Origin: Mobula hypostoma
Taxonomy: Eukaryota
NCBI RefSeq assembly: GCF_963921235.1
Contig: NC_086108.1
Span: forward strand, 55,058,001 to 55,122,000
DNA length: 64,000 nt
Reading direction: 5' to 3'
Part shown: one piece after another, positions 12,257 through 25,944 of the stretch
Layout of the letters: every line of letters begins with the position of its first letter
Numbering within the stretch: position 1 is the first letter of the stretch
The notes under the pieces: model-generated
Told to the model about the DNA's origin: nothing
The model's input: the letters and a program-made list of their open reading frames with translations, nothing else
Databases searched by the model: none
Translations under genes and position numbers: made by a program

Positions 12257-12724
12257 GTATTATTTAATTTTTTTTAGTGCTGAGTATTTTAATTGGTAAC
12301 ACATACTTGCATAGGAGGAGAAGGTGATGATGGAACATATGAGTACTCAAACATTGTCCAAATAATACAAATTTATTCCAGTGGATTCCTTTACCATATA
12401 AAGGCCAAACAGAAGCTAAGAAGCATATCCTCTGGTCTTTTACTGCACTTGCATTATTTGATTCAACATCCACACTGTAAAGACCTGATTTCATTCCCTC
12501 TCCTACTGTTCAGTGGGTCCTCCCTTTCTTTCATTCTCTCAATAAACATTTGACCAGTGTTTTCAAAATTGTAATTGTTAGACCTTAGCCCTTATTTCAT
12601 TTACAGTCCAATACAGAATTGGTATGATAAATAATTTTTAAGGCGATGGGCAGTTTTTAAAAATTTCTCCCATTCTGATAACTAAGCTGCTGCTTTTGTT
12701 TCATTATTGACTCAATGACACATA

Positions 12725-13252
12725 CGCTCAGTGGCCACTTTATTACGTGTCTCCTGTACCTAATAAAGAGGACAATGCTTCTGTAGCCCATCCACTTCAA
12801 GGTTCGATGTGTTGTGCATTCAGAGATGCCTTTCTGCACATCATTGTAACATGTGGTTATATGAGTCCTGTTGCCTTCCTGTCAGCTTCAACCCAGTCAG
12901 GCCATTCTCCTTTGTCCTCTCTGATGAGCAAGGCATTTTTGCTCATAGAAATACTGCTCTGGATTTTTTTTTTGCATTGTTCTCTATAAACTCTAGAGAC
13001 TGTTTTGCATGAAAATCCCAAGAGATCAGCGGTTTCTGGGATACTCAAACCACCCTGTCTGGCACCAATAATCATTCTATAGTCAAAGTCACTTAGATCA
13101 CATTTCTTTCCTTTTCTGGTGTTTAGTCTGAACAACAACTGAACATGTCTGTATGCTCTAATGCATTGAGCTGCTGCTACATGATTGGCTGATTAGAAAT
13201 TTGCATTAGCGAGCAGATGTACAGGTGTACCTGATAAAGTGGCTACTGAGGG
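12725..13252 (-). mobile_element. Tc1-derived non-autonomous element with transposase N-terminal remnant
   Basis: TIRs TA|cgctcagtggccactttatta and tgataaagtggctactgaggg|TA. ORF 12857-13138 KKCDLSDFDYRMIIGARQGGLSIPETADLLGFS is a Tc1-type HTH. Confidence 0.85.
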
Positions 13253-13894
13253 TATTTTCAACTGTACATCAACAGAGTTTGAGACTCGGTGCCTCTCATG
13301 GAGATCTAATCCATGTAATCCTGAAGTCAAACTTGACAGGACTTGGTAAGATTTCTGAGTTTATTTAAGTGTGGTTTAATTTAACCATGCTTGTTTAGAA
13401 TATTTCCAGAATTGCCAAGAGGAAATGGTGCCCAAGTGCAACATAGTACTAGGGGCAGAGAAATTATTTTTTGAATTTCCCCCTATCCCTTCCAACAACT
13501 CTTCTATATTCCACCTTTGGGCTGAAGGTTTATTTCTTCGTTGCTTTCTTCACCCAAGATTTTGATATTAAGGACCAATATCAATTCATGACTGCGTCAT
13601 TATGATAAAACATTGCCTGAATGTTGTCTCGGTCTTGGTGCATTAGAAGCAAACATGTTAATGTATGCCACTGCTGCATGCTGCAAGATTCAGACAACAT
13701 TTCAGGCATGTGCTGATAAGAACAAGATATGACTGATGACACAAAAGTAACAAACAATCATTTCTTAAAAAAGAGAGTCTAAACAGCTATCCCTAATTTT
13801 CAATAGCATTTCTATTGCTCAGCCCTGCTTTGACCAGAAATGGAATCGGACTGGCCTGTTAAATACTGTAGCTACCAGAGCAACAGAGTCTGAG

Positions 13895-15610
13895 TATCTT
13901 GTGCAAATGTTGTGAGCAGATTTGGCCTCATATCTAAGAAAGGCTTTGGAGAGGGTCCAGAGGAGGTTTATGAGAATGATCCTGGGAATGAGGAGCATTT
14001 GATGGCTCTGGGCCTGCACTCACTGGTGTTCAGAATAATGTGCGAGGTGGGGGTGGGGGTGGTTTCATTCAAAGGCCTGGATAGAGTGAACATAGAACAT
14101 ACAAATCTACAGCACTTACAGGCCATTCAGCCCACAATGTTGTGCTGACCATGTAACCTATAGAAACTGCCTAGAATTTCCCTAGCACATAGCCCTCTAT
14201 TTTTCTAAGCTCCATGTACCTATCTAAGAGGCTCTTAAAGGACCCTATTGTATCTGCTTCCACCACTGCCATCAGCAGTGCATTCCACACACCCACCACT
14301 CTGTGTGGAAAAACTTACCCCTGACATCCCCTCAGTACCCATTTCCAAGCACCTTAAATCTATGCCTCCTTATGTTAGCCATTTCAGCCCTGGGAAGAAG
14401 CCTCTGGCTATCCACATGATCAATGCCCTCAACATCTTATACACCTCGATCAGGTTACCGGTCATCCTCCTTTGCTCCAAGGAGAAAAGGCCAAGTTCAC
14501 TCAACCTATTCTCATAAGGTACACCCTCCATTCCGGGCAACATCCTTGTAAACCTCCTCTGCACTCTCTCTATAGTATCCACATCCTTCCTGTGGTGAGG
14601 TGATCGGCACTGAGATGTGGAGAAGATGTTTCCAATAATGTGAGAGTCTAGGATCAGGGGCACAGTCTCAGAATGGAAAGATGTCCCTTTAGAACAGAGA
14701 TGGGGAGGAATTTCTTTCACCAGAGGGTGGTGATTCTGTAAAATTCATTGCCACAAATAGTTGTGGAGGCCAAGTCATTGGATATATTTAAAGTGGAGTC
14801 AGATAGGGTTAGACCATAAGACATAGGAGCAGATTAGGCCATTCATCCAATCAAGTTTGCTCCGCCAATCTGTCATGGCTGATCTGAGATCTCATTCAAC
14901 CCCATACACCTTCTCCCCATATCCTTTGATGCCCTGATCAATCAGGAATCTATCAACATCTGCTTTAAATATACCCACAGACTTGGCCTCCACTGCAGTC
15001 TGTGGCAGAGCATTCCACAGATTCACTACTCTCTGACTAAGAAGAATTCCTCCTTACCTCTGTTCTAAATGGTCGCCCCTCAATTTTGAGGCTGTGCCCT
15101 CTGGTTCTGGATACCCCCACTAGAGGAAACATCCTCTCCACATCCACTTTATCTAGTCATTTCACATTTGGTAGGTTTCAATGAGATTCCCCTTCTAAAT
15201 TCTTCTAAATTCCAGTGAGTACAGGCCCAAAGCTGCCAAATGCTCCTCATATGTTAACCCCTTCATTCCTGGAATCATCCTCGTGAACCTCCTCTGGACT
15301 CTCTCCAACGACAACACATCCTTTCTGAGATATGGGGCCCAAAACTGTTGACAATACTCCAAGTGCAGCCTGACTAGTGTTTTATAAAGCCTCAGCGTTA
15401 TCTCCTTGCTTTTATATTCTATTCCCCTTGAAATAAATGCCAACATTTCATTTGCCAACATGATTTTTGATTAGTAAGCACGTTCAAGGTTGTGGGGAGA
15501 AAGGCAGGAGAACGAGGTTGAGAGGGGGAATAGTCAAACTTGATTGAATGGCAGAGCAGACTTGATGGTCCGACTTACCTAATTCTGCTCCCACTGTGTG
15601 TCTTATGGTC
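13895..15610. mobile_element. Nest of CR1 3' fragments: one + strand copy interrupted by two - strand copies (~14088-14613 and ~14811-15460)
   Basis: ORFs 14370-14720 and 15195-15461 carry ERVQRRFTRM(L/I)PGM; the + strand copy resumes after each insert. Confidence 0.8.
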
Positions 15611-16838
15611 TTAGGGTCTCACCTCCTAATACCCAAAACAAGCCCACCATCTGGGAAGGACATCATGAATGTGATAGAAACTCTCCACTTATTTAGACAG
15701 GCATGGTGATAACAACACTCACAAACCTCATCTTTATCCAGGACTAAGCAGCCCATCAGGTGTGAAGATAGCACTGAAAGATATAGGAAAGCTTTCTTAG
15801 AATATGATTCTGAGTTGCAGGCTGGAAACGAGCCCACAGAGATAGTCTTTGTGGCCGAGTCACACGGTTGATTCAAGTGATTTTAATGGACAGCCAGGAC
15901 CACACCAGTTCCAAAGGGATTAGGCTGCATATCAACTGCATTTGAAAGGCAGGAGGTGACTTTATGGGAGACATCTAGGCTCAGAATGCCCAGGGTTGTA
16001 ATTAGGTGCAATCCCTTGAAGCCATTCATGTCTTAAGTGCAGGAGAGAAGAGCATGTAACATTGTAAGCATTAGTGACATGATTCATCCTGTGAATATAT
16101 ATTCCTTTTTGTGACAATATGATGTGCCCTTATGACTCATAGCATGGTATTATGTAGTCTATAGCTTTGCATTAGCTGCTAATGTTCTTTAAATGTTGCT
16201 TGAACCTGATGTAACTCCTCTATTCAGCAATAATACGAGGTCTTTCTAGAAAGATCTTTTTTTTTCTTCTTAAGTCACTGGTTTACTGTGACTTGAACAG
16301 AATTCAGCAACCTTCTGAATCAGAATCGGGCTTATTATCACTGACAAATGGAATGGAAGTTCTTTTGTGGCAGCCGTACAGTGAAAGACATGAAATTACT
16401 GAAAATTACAATAAAGATGAAATGCAGTAGTGCAAAAGAGAGATAGTGAGGTAGTGTTCATGGACACCTCACATTGCTTGTGTGGGACGTAAATTTGGCA
16501 TTGTGTCACACCACAGCACAGCTTTTTCCTTATTTGGTCACAGGATCAGAAACTAGAAACAGAAGCTGATCATTAATAATGGACACTGATGTGAGTTGGT
16601 GCACTCAGCTGCCTTCTTCAGCTATCAGATTACCTCCAATGCACACTCGAGACTGAACCGTAAACCTTAAGCTCTGAAGAACAAGGTAGCACTTACCCAG
16701 CCAAACAATAGAAAAAAAAACACCTATTTTCATTTAATAACGACAGCCCACTATATTACTCATGCTATGAGTGCATTTGTATAGACCTTTCTGTAACAGT
16801 TTAAAAAATGACACCAGAAATCCTATTTTTTCTTTCAG

Positions 16839-16944
16839 GAGAAGTGACACGAGCCAACAATGACGGAATGCAGAATGTCATTCTACCACTCGTATTTTTA
16901 TCCTCGGTTTTATTGATTGGAATCTTTTTGATATCCAAGCAAAG
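16839..16944 (+). CDS. LEPR: Leptin receptor transmembrane exon (GEVTRANNDGMQNVILPLVFLSSVLLIGIFLISKQR)
   Basis: tttttctttcag acceptor and AAG|GTATGT donor; 106 bp. Hydrophobic helix like human [23 protein letters not shown]. Confidence 0.95.
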
Positions 16945-17439
16945 GTATGTTTTCATATCTATTAGATTTAGGAATGTTAAAACTCATCAGAATGACTTGC
17001 TAAAGTTGTTTCTTTTCCCAATGTGATTTAAAGAATGCTTCAGAGATGATCTGAGTCACCATGCTGACAAATTCTTAATTTTTCAAATAGTACGTTTGAA
17101 GTAAAGCTCAGAAATGGGTTTGGAGATTGGAGTTTTGCAGCAATTAAAACAAAATCATTATTAATTTAACTTGAAAATGAGGCTTTTAAATACATCTGCA
17201 GTTTGCAGTTGTGCAGTGAGTATGACAAGGTAGCAGAATGAGCAGTTAATTGTACTCTCACAATCACAGGCCAAAACAGACCACACAATAAAGGTAGGGC
17301 TTCCTTCTGTTGCTCACGTTCTGAGAACAAATATTATTGAGAAAACAGCAGAAAAATGTCATGCAAAATGTAATTAAAAGCACAAGTTTTACTGTATCGG
17401 GAACGTCCTGTACTCAGAAGGACTGGATCATTCCAGCAC

Positions 17440-19390
17440 CCTCTGCCTACTGTCACAACAGATCCACAGCAGATGCCATTTCATTGGCTCTTTACTCAGT
17501 CCTGGAACATTTGGACAACATCAGGATGCTCTTTATTGACTACAGCTCGGCATTCAATACTATCATCCCCTCAAAACAAATCAATAAGCTTCAAGACTTT
17601 TGCCTCAATATCTCCCTGTGCAATTGGATCCTCGATATCTTCACTTGCAGATCCAAGTCAATGCAGATTGGCAAAAAATTCTCCTCCAAAATCTCCATTA
17701 GCACGGGGGCACCACAAAGCTGTGTGCTTTAGCCCCACTTTACTTAGTTCATACTTATGATTGTTAGGCTAAGCACAGCTCCAATGCCATTTTTTTTAGA
17801 TTATGAGGACACGCAGTCTTCTTTTATTGTCATTTAGTAACACATGCATTAAAAAATGATACAATGTTCCTCCAGAATGATATCACAGAAACACAAGACA
17901 AACCAAGACTAAAAAAAACTGACAAAAACCACATAATTATAACATATAGTTACAACAGTGCAAAGCAATACTCTAATTTGATGAAGAGCAGACCATGGGC
18001 ACGGTAAAAAAAAGTGTCAAAGTCTCTTGAAAGTCCCATCATCTCACGCAGACGGTAGAAAGGAGAAACTCTCCCTGCCATGAGCTTCCAGTGCTGCAAA
18101 CTTGCCGATGCAGCACCCCGGAAGCACCTGACCACAGCCGACTCTTGAGTCTGTCCGAAAACTTCGAGCCTCCGACCAGCCCTCCGACACCAAGCACCGA
18201 GCACCATCTCTGCTGAGCGCTTCGACTCCAGCCCCGGCAACAGACAATAGGTAAAGCCGAGGATTTGGGGCCTTCCCCTCCGGAGATTCTCAATCGCACA
18301 GTAGCAGCAGCAGTGAAGCGGGCATTTCAGAAGCTTCTCCAGATGTTCCTCCATGCTTCTCACGTCTGTCTCCATCAAATCAGGATTGTGCACGGCCCCT
18401 ATTTAACAAATACAATATCACTTCAGAGCTATTAAAAACTATTTAAGTTTGCTGGTGACAAAGCTGATGAAATAAAGGTTATGACAAATTAGCATGTAAG
18501 AGGGAGATTGACAATCTTTCTGAGTGATGCCAAAACAACCTCTCACTCAATGTCAGCAAGATCAAGGAGCTGATTATTGACTTCAGGAGGAGGAAACTAG
18601 AGGTCCATGAACTACTTCTCATTAGGAATCAAAGGTGGAGAGAGTCAACGATTTTAAATGGCTTGGAATTATCATTTCAGAGGATCTGTCCTTGGTCCAG
18701 CACATAAGTGCCATTGCAATAAAAGCATAGAAGTGCCTCTACTTCCTTAGAAGTTTGCAGGCATTCAGTACAACATCTAAAACTTTGACAAACTTCGGTA
18801 GATGGATGGTGAAAAGTATATTGGCTATATTGCGTCACGGCCCAGTATGGAAACACCAATGCCCTTGAATGGAAAATCCTATAAAAAGTAGTGGATATGG
18901 TCCAGTCCATCATGAGGAAATTCCTCCCCAACACTGAGCACATCTACAAGGAGCACTGTCGCAGGAAAGCAGCATCCATCATCCAGGAACCCCGCCATCC
19001 AGGCCACGCTCTCTTCTTGCTGTTGGAGGAACAGGAACCTCAGGACCCACCTCACTAGTTCCAGCAACAGTTATTATCCCTCAGTTCTCAGGCTCTTGTG
19101 CCAGAGGTAATAACTTCACTCAACTTCACTTGCCCCATCACTGAACTGTTCCCACAACATCTGGACTCACTTTCAAGGACTCCTTATATCATTTTCTCGA
19201 TACTTATTGCTTGCTTATTTATTTATTATTATTATTTCTTTCTTTTTGTATTTGCAGTTTGTTGTCTTTTGCAGACTGGTTGTTTGTCCATTCTGTGGAT
19301 TTTCATTGATTCGATTGTGTTTCTTGGATTTACTGTGTATGCTTGTGAGAAAATGAATCTCAGTGTGGTATATGGTGACATATATGTACT
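17440..19390 (+). mobile_element. Rex1/Babar-type LINE 3' part, decayed
   Basis: [38 protein letters not shown] (ORF 17337-17732); continues after an insert at ~17791-18430. Confidence 0.8.
17791..18430 (-). mobile_element. Non-coding non-LTR retroposon nested in the Rex1 copy
   Basis: Minus-strand AATAAA..cataatctaaaaaaaa tail at the left end and a GC-rich body. The host RT sequence is interrupted between ccaatgccat and tttaagtttgctg. Confidence 0.6.
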
Positions 19391-19454
19391 TGGAGCTTTG
19401 TAGCTGTTCCAATGAATTCAATAAAATTAAGACTAATCTGAATCATGGTCTAAA

Positions 19455-19805
19455 CTCCATCAGAATTGAGAATCTGATGTATTATCACTGGCTTTGTGAT
19501 GAAATTTGTTGTGTAGTGGCAGAAGTACAGTGCAAAGATAAAAAAAATACTATAAATTACATGAATAGTATATTAAAAAAAAGGAATAGTGAAGTACTGT
19601 TCATGGGTTTCATGGACTGTTCAGAAATGTGATGGCGGAGGGGAAGATGCTGTTCCTGAATCGATGCACATGAGTCTTCAGGTTCATGTATTTCCTCCCT
19701 GGGAAGAGAGCAGGTCCTGGATGGTGAGTGTCACTAATAACGTGTGCCTCCTTCTTCAGGCACCATCTCTTGAAAATGTCCTTGATGGCAGTGAGGGTTA
19801 CACCC
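19455..19805 (-). mobile_element. Rex1/Babar-type LINE 3' end, old
   Basis: ORF 19610-19822 DTHHPGPALF..RFRNSIFPSAITFLN. Confidence 0.7.
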
Positions 19806-20194
19806 ATGATAGTTACCATCACTTTGTATTCCTAGATTAACAAAAATCCTATTAAGTTCAGATTTAAAATTACTGAGCTAGCATCAATGACTTTCTGTGC
19901 AAAACAGCTGATCACTTCCAACACCCCTTGCTTAATTTCCCTCCTAAAAGGTGTGTCTCTGATTTTCATGTATGAGCCTGTGCTTTCTATACCCTTATCC
20001 ACTGAGAAATGTTCTCTTCCATCTGCACTAACAATTCTTTTCAAAATCCTAAAGCATTGAGTTGATCAACAATGTTCCAGTTTACGTGACCCCCTTCTCA
20101 TAACCAAGGTAACATCCTGGTGAATCCAGCCAGTATATCCTTGCTAAAGTTTCGTAACCAGAATTGTACTCTTGTGCACAAACACTTGTATGCA

Positions 20195-20525
20195 TCGGGA
20201 GCAAGAGGAGGCCTTTTGGCTCTTGAACCCTGCAGTCTGATTTAATAACATCGAGACTGATCTCAATTCTCTATCCATGAATGTGCAATAACCTTTCACT
20301 TTCCTGCCTTTCATGCATCCATCTACTTCTGCCTTAAAAATACCCGATGATTGGCTTTACTTCCTTTACGAGAATTCTAAAGATTCATAATCCTCTGAGG
20401 GGAAAAAGAACACTTCTTCTCTGTCCTAAATGAGTGAGTCTTTATTGTTAAACAACAACCCCTAGTTCTAAATTCTCTCACATGGGAAAAAAAACATCCT
20501 TCCACGTTCACCATATCAAGTCTTA
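20195..20525 (-). mobile_element. CR1 3' end, old
   Basis: ORF 20377-20616 part: RTRGCCLTIK..FRTEKKCSFSPQRIMNL. Confidence 0.6.
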
Positions 20526-20530
20526 TGGGG

Positions 20531-20670
20531 CAGTGGTCCCCAACCTCCGGGCCGCGGACCGATACATTGCTATGAAGAATGCAGTGGTGCAGTGGTAGCC
20601 AGAATGCACCCAGCACATCTTTAAGAAAGAAGCCAAAAAAAAACGAGTTAATTAATTAGGTGCTGCCCGG
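20531..20670 (+). mobile_element. hAT (Charlie/MER1-like) terminal fragment
   Basis: Starts cagtggtccccaacctccgggccgcggaccg, a typical Charlie-group terminus; no second TIR found. Confidence 0.5.
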
Positions 20671-20739
20671 ATGCTATCATGCCCCTCTCATTAGCCTAGC
20701 CTGTCCATCCTTTCCTTAAAAGGCAACTTGACTGTTCTA

Positions 20740-21725
20740 AAGGATCGGAGAAAACTACAGAAATGTGTAAACTCACCCATGTCCATCATGGGCACTAGCC
20801 TCCCCAGCATCGAGTACACCTGCAAACGGCAATGCCTCAAGAAAGTGACATCCATCATTTAGGACCCCCATCACCCAGGGCATGCTCTCTTCTTATTGTT
20901 ATCATCAAGGAGGAGGTACAGGAGCCTGAAGTATATGCTTATTGTTTCAGGAGCAACTTTTTCCCCTTTGCCATCAGATTTCTGAATGGACAATGAATAC
21001 AACCTCACTATTTTTTGCTCTCTTTTTTGCACAGCTTTTTAAATTTATTTTTATGTACAGTATAAAAATATTATGTATTGTAAACACGAGGAAATCTGCA
21101 GATGCTGGAATTTCAAGCAACACACATAAAATTTGCTGGTGAACGCAGCAGGCCAGGCAGCATCTCTAGGAAGAGGTACAGCCGACGTTTTGGGCCGAGA
21201 CCCTTCATCAGGACTAACTGAAAGAAGAGCTAGTAAGATGCCCCGTCTCCCCTCGTACCTCATCCGTTATTTATTTATTTATATACACACATTCATTCTC
21301 TCTCTCTCCTTTTTCTCCCTCTGTCCCTCTCACTATACCCCTTGCCCATCCTCTGGGCTTCCCCCACTCCCTCTTTTCCTTCTCCCTGGGCCTCCTATCC
21401 CATGCTCCTCTCATATCCCTTTTGCCAATCAACTGTCCAGCTCTTGGCTCCATCCCTCCCTCTCCTGTCTTCTCCTATCATTTTGGATCTGCCCCTCCCC
21501 CTCCCACTTTCAAATCTCTTACTAGTTCTTCTTTTAGTTAGTCCTGACGAAGAGTCTCGGCCCGAAATTTCAACTGTACCTCTTCCTAGAGATGCTGCCT
21601 GGCCTGCTGCGTTCACCAGCAACTTTTATGCGTGTTGCTTATGTATTGCAATGTACTGTTGCCACAAAAAACAACAAAATTTCATGACATATGCCTGTGA
21701 TGTTAAACCTGATTCTGGATACTGA
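20740..21725 (+). mobile_element. Rex1/Babar-type LINE 3' end, host of the inverted Penelope-like insert
   Basis: Degenerate aggacccccatcacccagggcatgctctcttc..ggaggaggtacaggagcctgaag and tail aaacctgattctg. Confidence 0.7.
21081..21638. mobile_element. Penelope-like terminal-repeat insertion with inverted arms, each carrying a degenerate minimal hammerhead motif
   Basis: About 124-bp inverted repeats at 21115-21238 and 21517-21640; TTATGTATTG duplication at 21071-21080 and 21639-21648; CTGA(T/C)GA..(G/A)AAA motifs at 21180-21215 (-) and 21540-21575 (+). Confidence 0.75.
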
Positions 21726-21759
21726 TTCTAAACATTACACTAATAAACCTTCTCAGAAC

Positions 21760-23570
21760 TACTTTAAACTTCAAAGTAAATTTATTATTAAAGTACATAC
21801 GTAGATGTGTTGAATGGTTGGGAGGGCTTACCTGTGATGGACTGGGCCGAATCCACAACTTTCTATAGGGTTTTCCATTCAAAGTCATTGGCTGTGATGC
21901 AGCCAATCAATACACTCCCCACTACATACCTATAGAGATCTGTCAAAATTTTAGATGTCATGTTGAATCTTCGCAAACTCCTGAGGAAGCCGAGTGGCAG
22001 CTATGTTTTCTTCACAATTGCACTTGCTTGAAGGGTCCAGGACAGGTCCTCTGAAATAGTAACACCCAGGATTTTAAAGTTGCTAACCCACTCTATTTCC
22101 GATCCTCCACTGAGGACTGGGTCATGCCCTCTGGTTTCCGACTCCTGAAGTCTATAATCAGTTCCTTAGTCTTGCTGAAATTGAGTGAGAGGTTGTTATT
22201 ACTTTACTTTATACTTTATTGTCGCCAAACAATTGATATTAGAGCGTACAATCATCACAGCGATATTTGATTCTGTTCTTCGTGCTCCCTAGAGTACAAA
22301 TCGATAGTAAATATTAAACATTTAAATTATAAATCATAAATAGAAAATAGAAAAGGGGAAGTAAGGTGGTGCAAAATAAACCGAGAGGCAGGTCCAGATA
22401 TTGGGAGGGTATGGCCTAGGTCCGGGTCAGGATCCGTTCAGCAGTCTTATCACAGTTGGAAAGAAGCTGTTCCCAAATCTGGCTGTACGAGTCTTCAAGC
22501 TCCTGAGCCTTCTCCCGGAGGGAAGAGGGACGAAAAGTCTGTTGGCTGGGTGGGTCGTGTCCTTGATTATCCTGACAGCACTGCTCCACAGCGTGCAGTG
22601 TAAAGTGAGTCCAAGGATGGAAGATTGGTTTGTGTGATGCGCTGGGCTGTGTTCACGATCTTCTGCAGCTTCTTTCGGTCTTGGACAGAGCAACTTCCAT
22701 ACCAGGTTGTGATGCACCCTAGAAGAATGCTTTCTATGGTGCATCTATAAAAATTAGTGAGGGTTTTAGGGGACAGGCCAAATTTCTTTAGCTTTCTCAG
22801 GAAGTAAAGGAGCTGGTGGGCCTTCTTGGCAGTAGACTCTGCTTGGTTGGACCAAGTCAGGTCATTTGTGATATTGACCCTGAGGAACTTAAAGCTTTTG
22901 ACCTGTTCCACTTGCACACCACCAATTTAAATGGGTTTGTGTGGTCTGCGACTCCTGGAAGTCAACAACCAATTCCTTCGTCTTGCTGACGTTGAGGGAT
23001 AGGTTATTGTCTTCGCACCGTGCCACCAGGTTCTTTATTTCCTCTCTGTACTCAAACTCATCATTACCCGAGATACGGCCTACAATTGTGGTGTCATCAG
23101 CAAACTTATATATTGAGTTCGATGGAAACTTGGCTACACAATCACAGGTGTACAGTGAGTACAGCAGGGGGCTGAGTACACAGCCTTGTGGGGCGCCAGT
23201 CCTCAGAGTGATTGTCGAGGAGAGCTTGTCCCCTATTTTTACAGCCTGGGTCCTGTCTGTGAGGAAGTTGAAGATCCAGCTGGTATTATGACACCACTCA
23301 GCCAGAATTTCAGTCTCCCTGCAGTATGCTGATTCATCAGCAACTTTGATTTGGCCCACAACAGTGGTGTCATCAACAAACTGGAATGTGGTATTGAAGC
23401 ATTGCTTAGCCACATCGTCATAAGTGTAAAGCAAGTAGAGCAGAGGCTAAGCACGTGACCCTGTGGTGCACCTCTGCTGATGGAGATCGTAGAGGAAGTG
23501 TTATTGTCAATCCGAACTAAATGGGTCTGCAAGTGAGGAAGTCGAGTATACAATTTCACAAGGAGGTATT
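21760..23570 (-). mobile_element. Older Rex1/Babar LINE fragment split by a young copy
   Basis: GAPQGHVL and FVDDTT motifs at 23301-23560; 3' part at 21760-22200. Confidence 0.7.
22201..23300 (-). mobile_element. Young Rex1/Babar LINE copy, 5'-truncated
   Basis: [39 protein letters not shown]; (TAAAG)-type tail; near-identical to 28835-30520 and 56228-57050. Confidence 0.9.
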
Positions 23571-25944
23571 GAGTGCATTAATATCATTTCCTTAAATAAG
23601 GAAACCAAAACTATACTTAATATTCCAGATATATTGTCTTGTCAATGCCCTGCATTATGGATAACATTCTTACCTTTGTATTCAGGTTTTCAACCAATGG
23701 ACAATACCATTATTACCTTTCCAATTACTCCCTATTCCTGTAGCAGGACATCCCCTTCCCTTGGCATCATAAAACTCGGTAATCTCTCACCAGTAAGATA
23801 ACATGCTTTCTTAGTTTTCTTGACCAAATGTACACCATTACCTTCCCAACCCTCCCACATTATACTCAATTTGCTCTTTTATTCTATATTTCAGATACTA
23901 ATGGCTTCCTATCTATCACATGTACCTGACCTATTATCTTAAGGAAGTTGTGAGTGTGCAATCCAAACCCCTCTGTTCCTCTACTCTTTGTACTCTATTA
24001 TGCATTCAAATACCTTGCTTGCCTTTTCCAAACATATTGCCTCACTTCCCAGGGCTGAATTCCATTTGCAGTCCTTTTCAAATTTCTGAATAGTTCATGA
24101 ACGCCACCTCACTATCCCTCTTTTGCAGTATTTATTTTAACTTTTAGTCATTTTCAAACGTTGTGAACTGTACCGATGCCACTAACAACCTTTGTCAGTG
24201 AGAATAAACCTGATTATGACGTTTATCTATTCTGTTACTTATCTATTACTGTCTTTCTGCAATCTACAGCTCCAACACTCCTAATGTTGGTATCATCATA
24301 CCCTTCTATCCATGATTCAACATTTAATCTGAATCATTGATAGAAAAACAGATTTGGTGTTTCAATACCCTAACATCTCTATACTTACCTGTTGCGAAAA
24401 CTCTCACTGAGCTATACACTTTGCTCTCCGCCACTTGAGTTCACTTTGAATTCATCTTGCCACTTTCCTTGGAATCCTATGGTCTAATCATCACCTATTG
24501 TGAACTTCTCAAAAAAAAAACAATTGTTATTCAGCCATAACTTTTTCTCAAGTCTATACTGACTGTTCTTGATGAACTAGTGTTTTTCCAAATAATGTGC
24601 CAAAGATGCTATGGAAAATAACAGTCGTAAACTCAGGCACAGGCCAAACCAGAAGATGCTTGAGTCATTCTACTTATGGTATACTTATGTGTACAAAGTT
24701 TATTTTGAGGTCAAAATGACACATTATGAACAATTTGACCCAAAGACTTCTTCCAATAATTTTCTTTCTACAGATGTCAGCCTGACAGGCTATGATTTCT
24801 CATTCTATCATTTTTATGTTTTAACAGCTGTATGACATTAACAGTTTTCCAGTCATTTGGCGGCATGCCTCTGGCTAGAGATTTGTTAAATGGTCAGAGT
24901 CGCTGCTATTTGCTCTACTTTTAAGAGTCTGGGATACATTAGATGCACTTGTGATAGGTGTTCGGATAGGCTTCTTCATGGAGGAAAGTGGAAGTGAGGG
25001 GTTGGAAAGTATTTTAGAGATTCAGGTCTGCGAATGCCTGTGAACTTGGTGATATGCATTAGTAGAATTTGAGAATGTGAACAAATGTTGTAGACCTGGA
25101 GGGAATGAGAGAGGTAGAGATGACTGAGATATGAAGTAATTTAAAATAAGGTTGAGAGTTATAACAAAGGTACCACTTAAGCCTCAAAGAGCACAGGAAT
25201 CTTGGATTAGAAGTTAAAATGCAAACTGAGAGGCTGGTCAGGAACATGTAGGAAAGCCAAGCTGAGTTTTAAAGAGGCAAAGGAGAGAATTTCAGCAGCT
25301 AAGGCAAGAGCAGAGCCTGGTAATGATGCAGGGCTGAAAGCTGTTGGACTTTGTAATGTTCAGTTACACGGTTCAAAGATCCTCTCAAGGTCAGATTTTG
25401 CAAACTACCGTGCTGGTGACAGGAATAATCGAGTAAAGGGGCCACAAAGACTTTAACCTCCTAATTTTCTAGGGAGTAGCTAGGAGATTTTTCCTCATCC
25501 TTTAATGCTGTTGGACATGTCAGAGTTGATAGAATAATGAAGGGAGTTAGCAACGAGGTTGAGTTGTGACAGATTCTTGAAAGACAAGGTATTTGATAAA
25601 TTCAAACCTAGCAAATTGAAAGGCCGTGTGATCACAAGGAAAGTGAGAATTTGGTCCCAAAATTGGTTCTGTTGTGGAGAGCAAAGGTGACAAGAAAGTA
25701 ATGCTTGCCTTTTAGATCATATTTCCAACGATATCAGGTAGATGAGAATCCTTGGAGGGCATTGGAGATAAATGTCAGAACAGAAAAAAAATCCTTGCAG
25801 TTGATTCTCTGGCTGCAACTGGATAAATAAGGATAGGACCGGATGTGTGGTTTAGCCTGGCAGGTGAAAAGGTATATTTGGGGAGGTTGGTATAGTCGAT
25901 CCTGTCAAAGGATGCAAAAGGCACAGGGAAAAAGCTGGTGGAGG

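Noticed and set aside
16808..17026. 72-aa small membrane protein ORF
   Set aside because: It is the LEPR TM exon plus intronic flanks.
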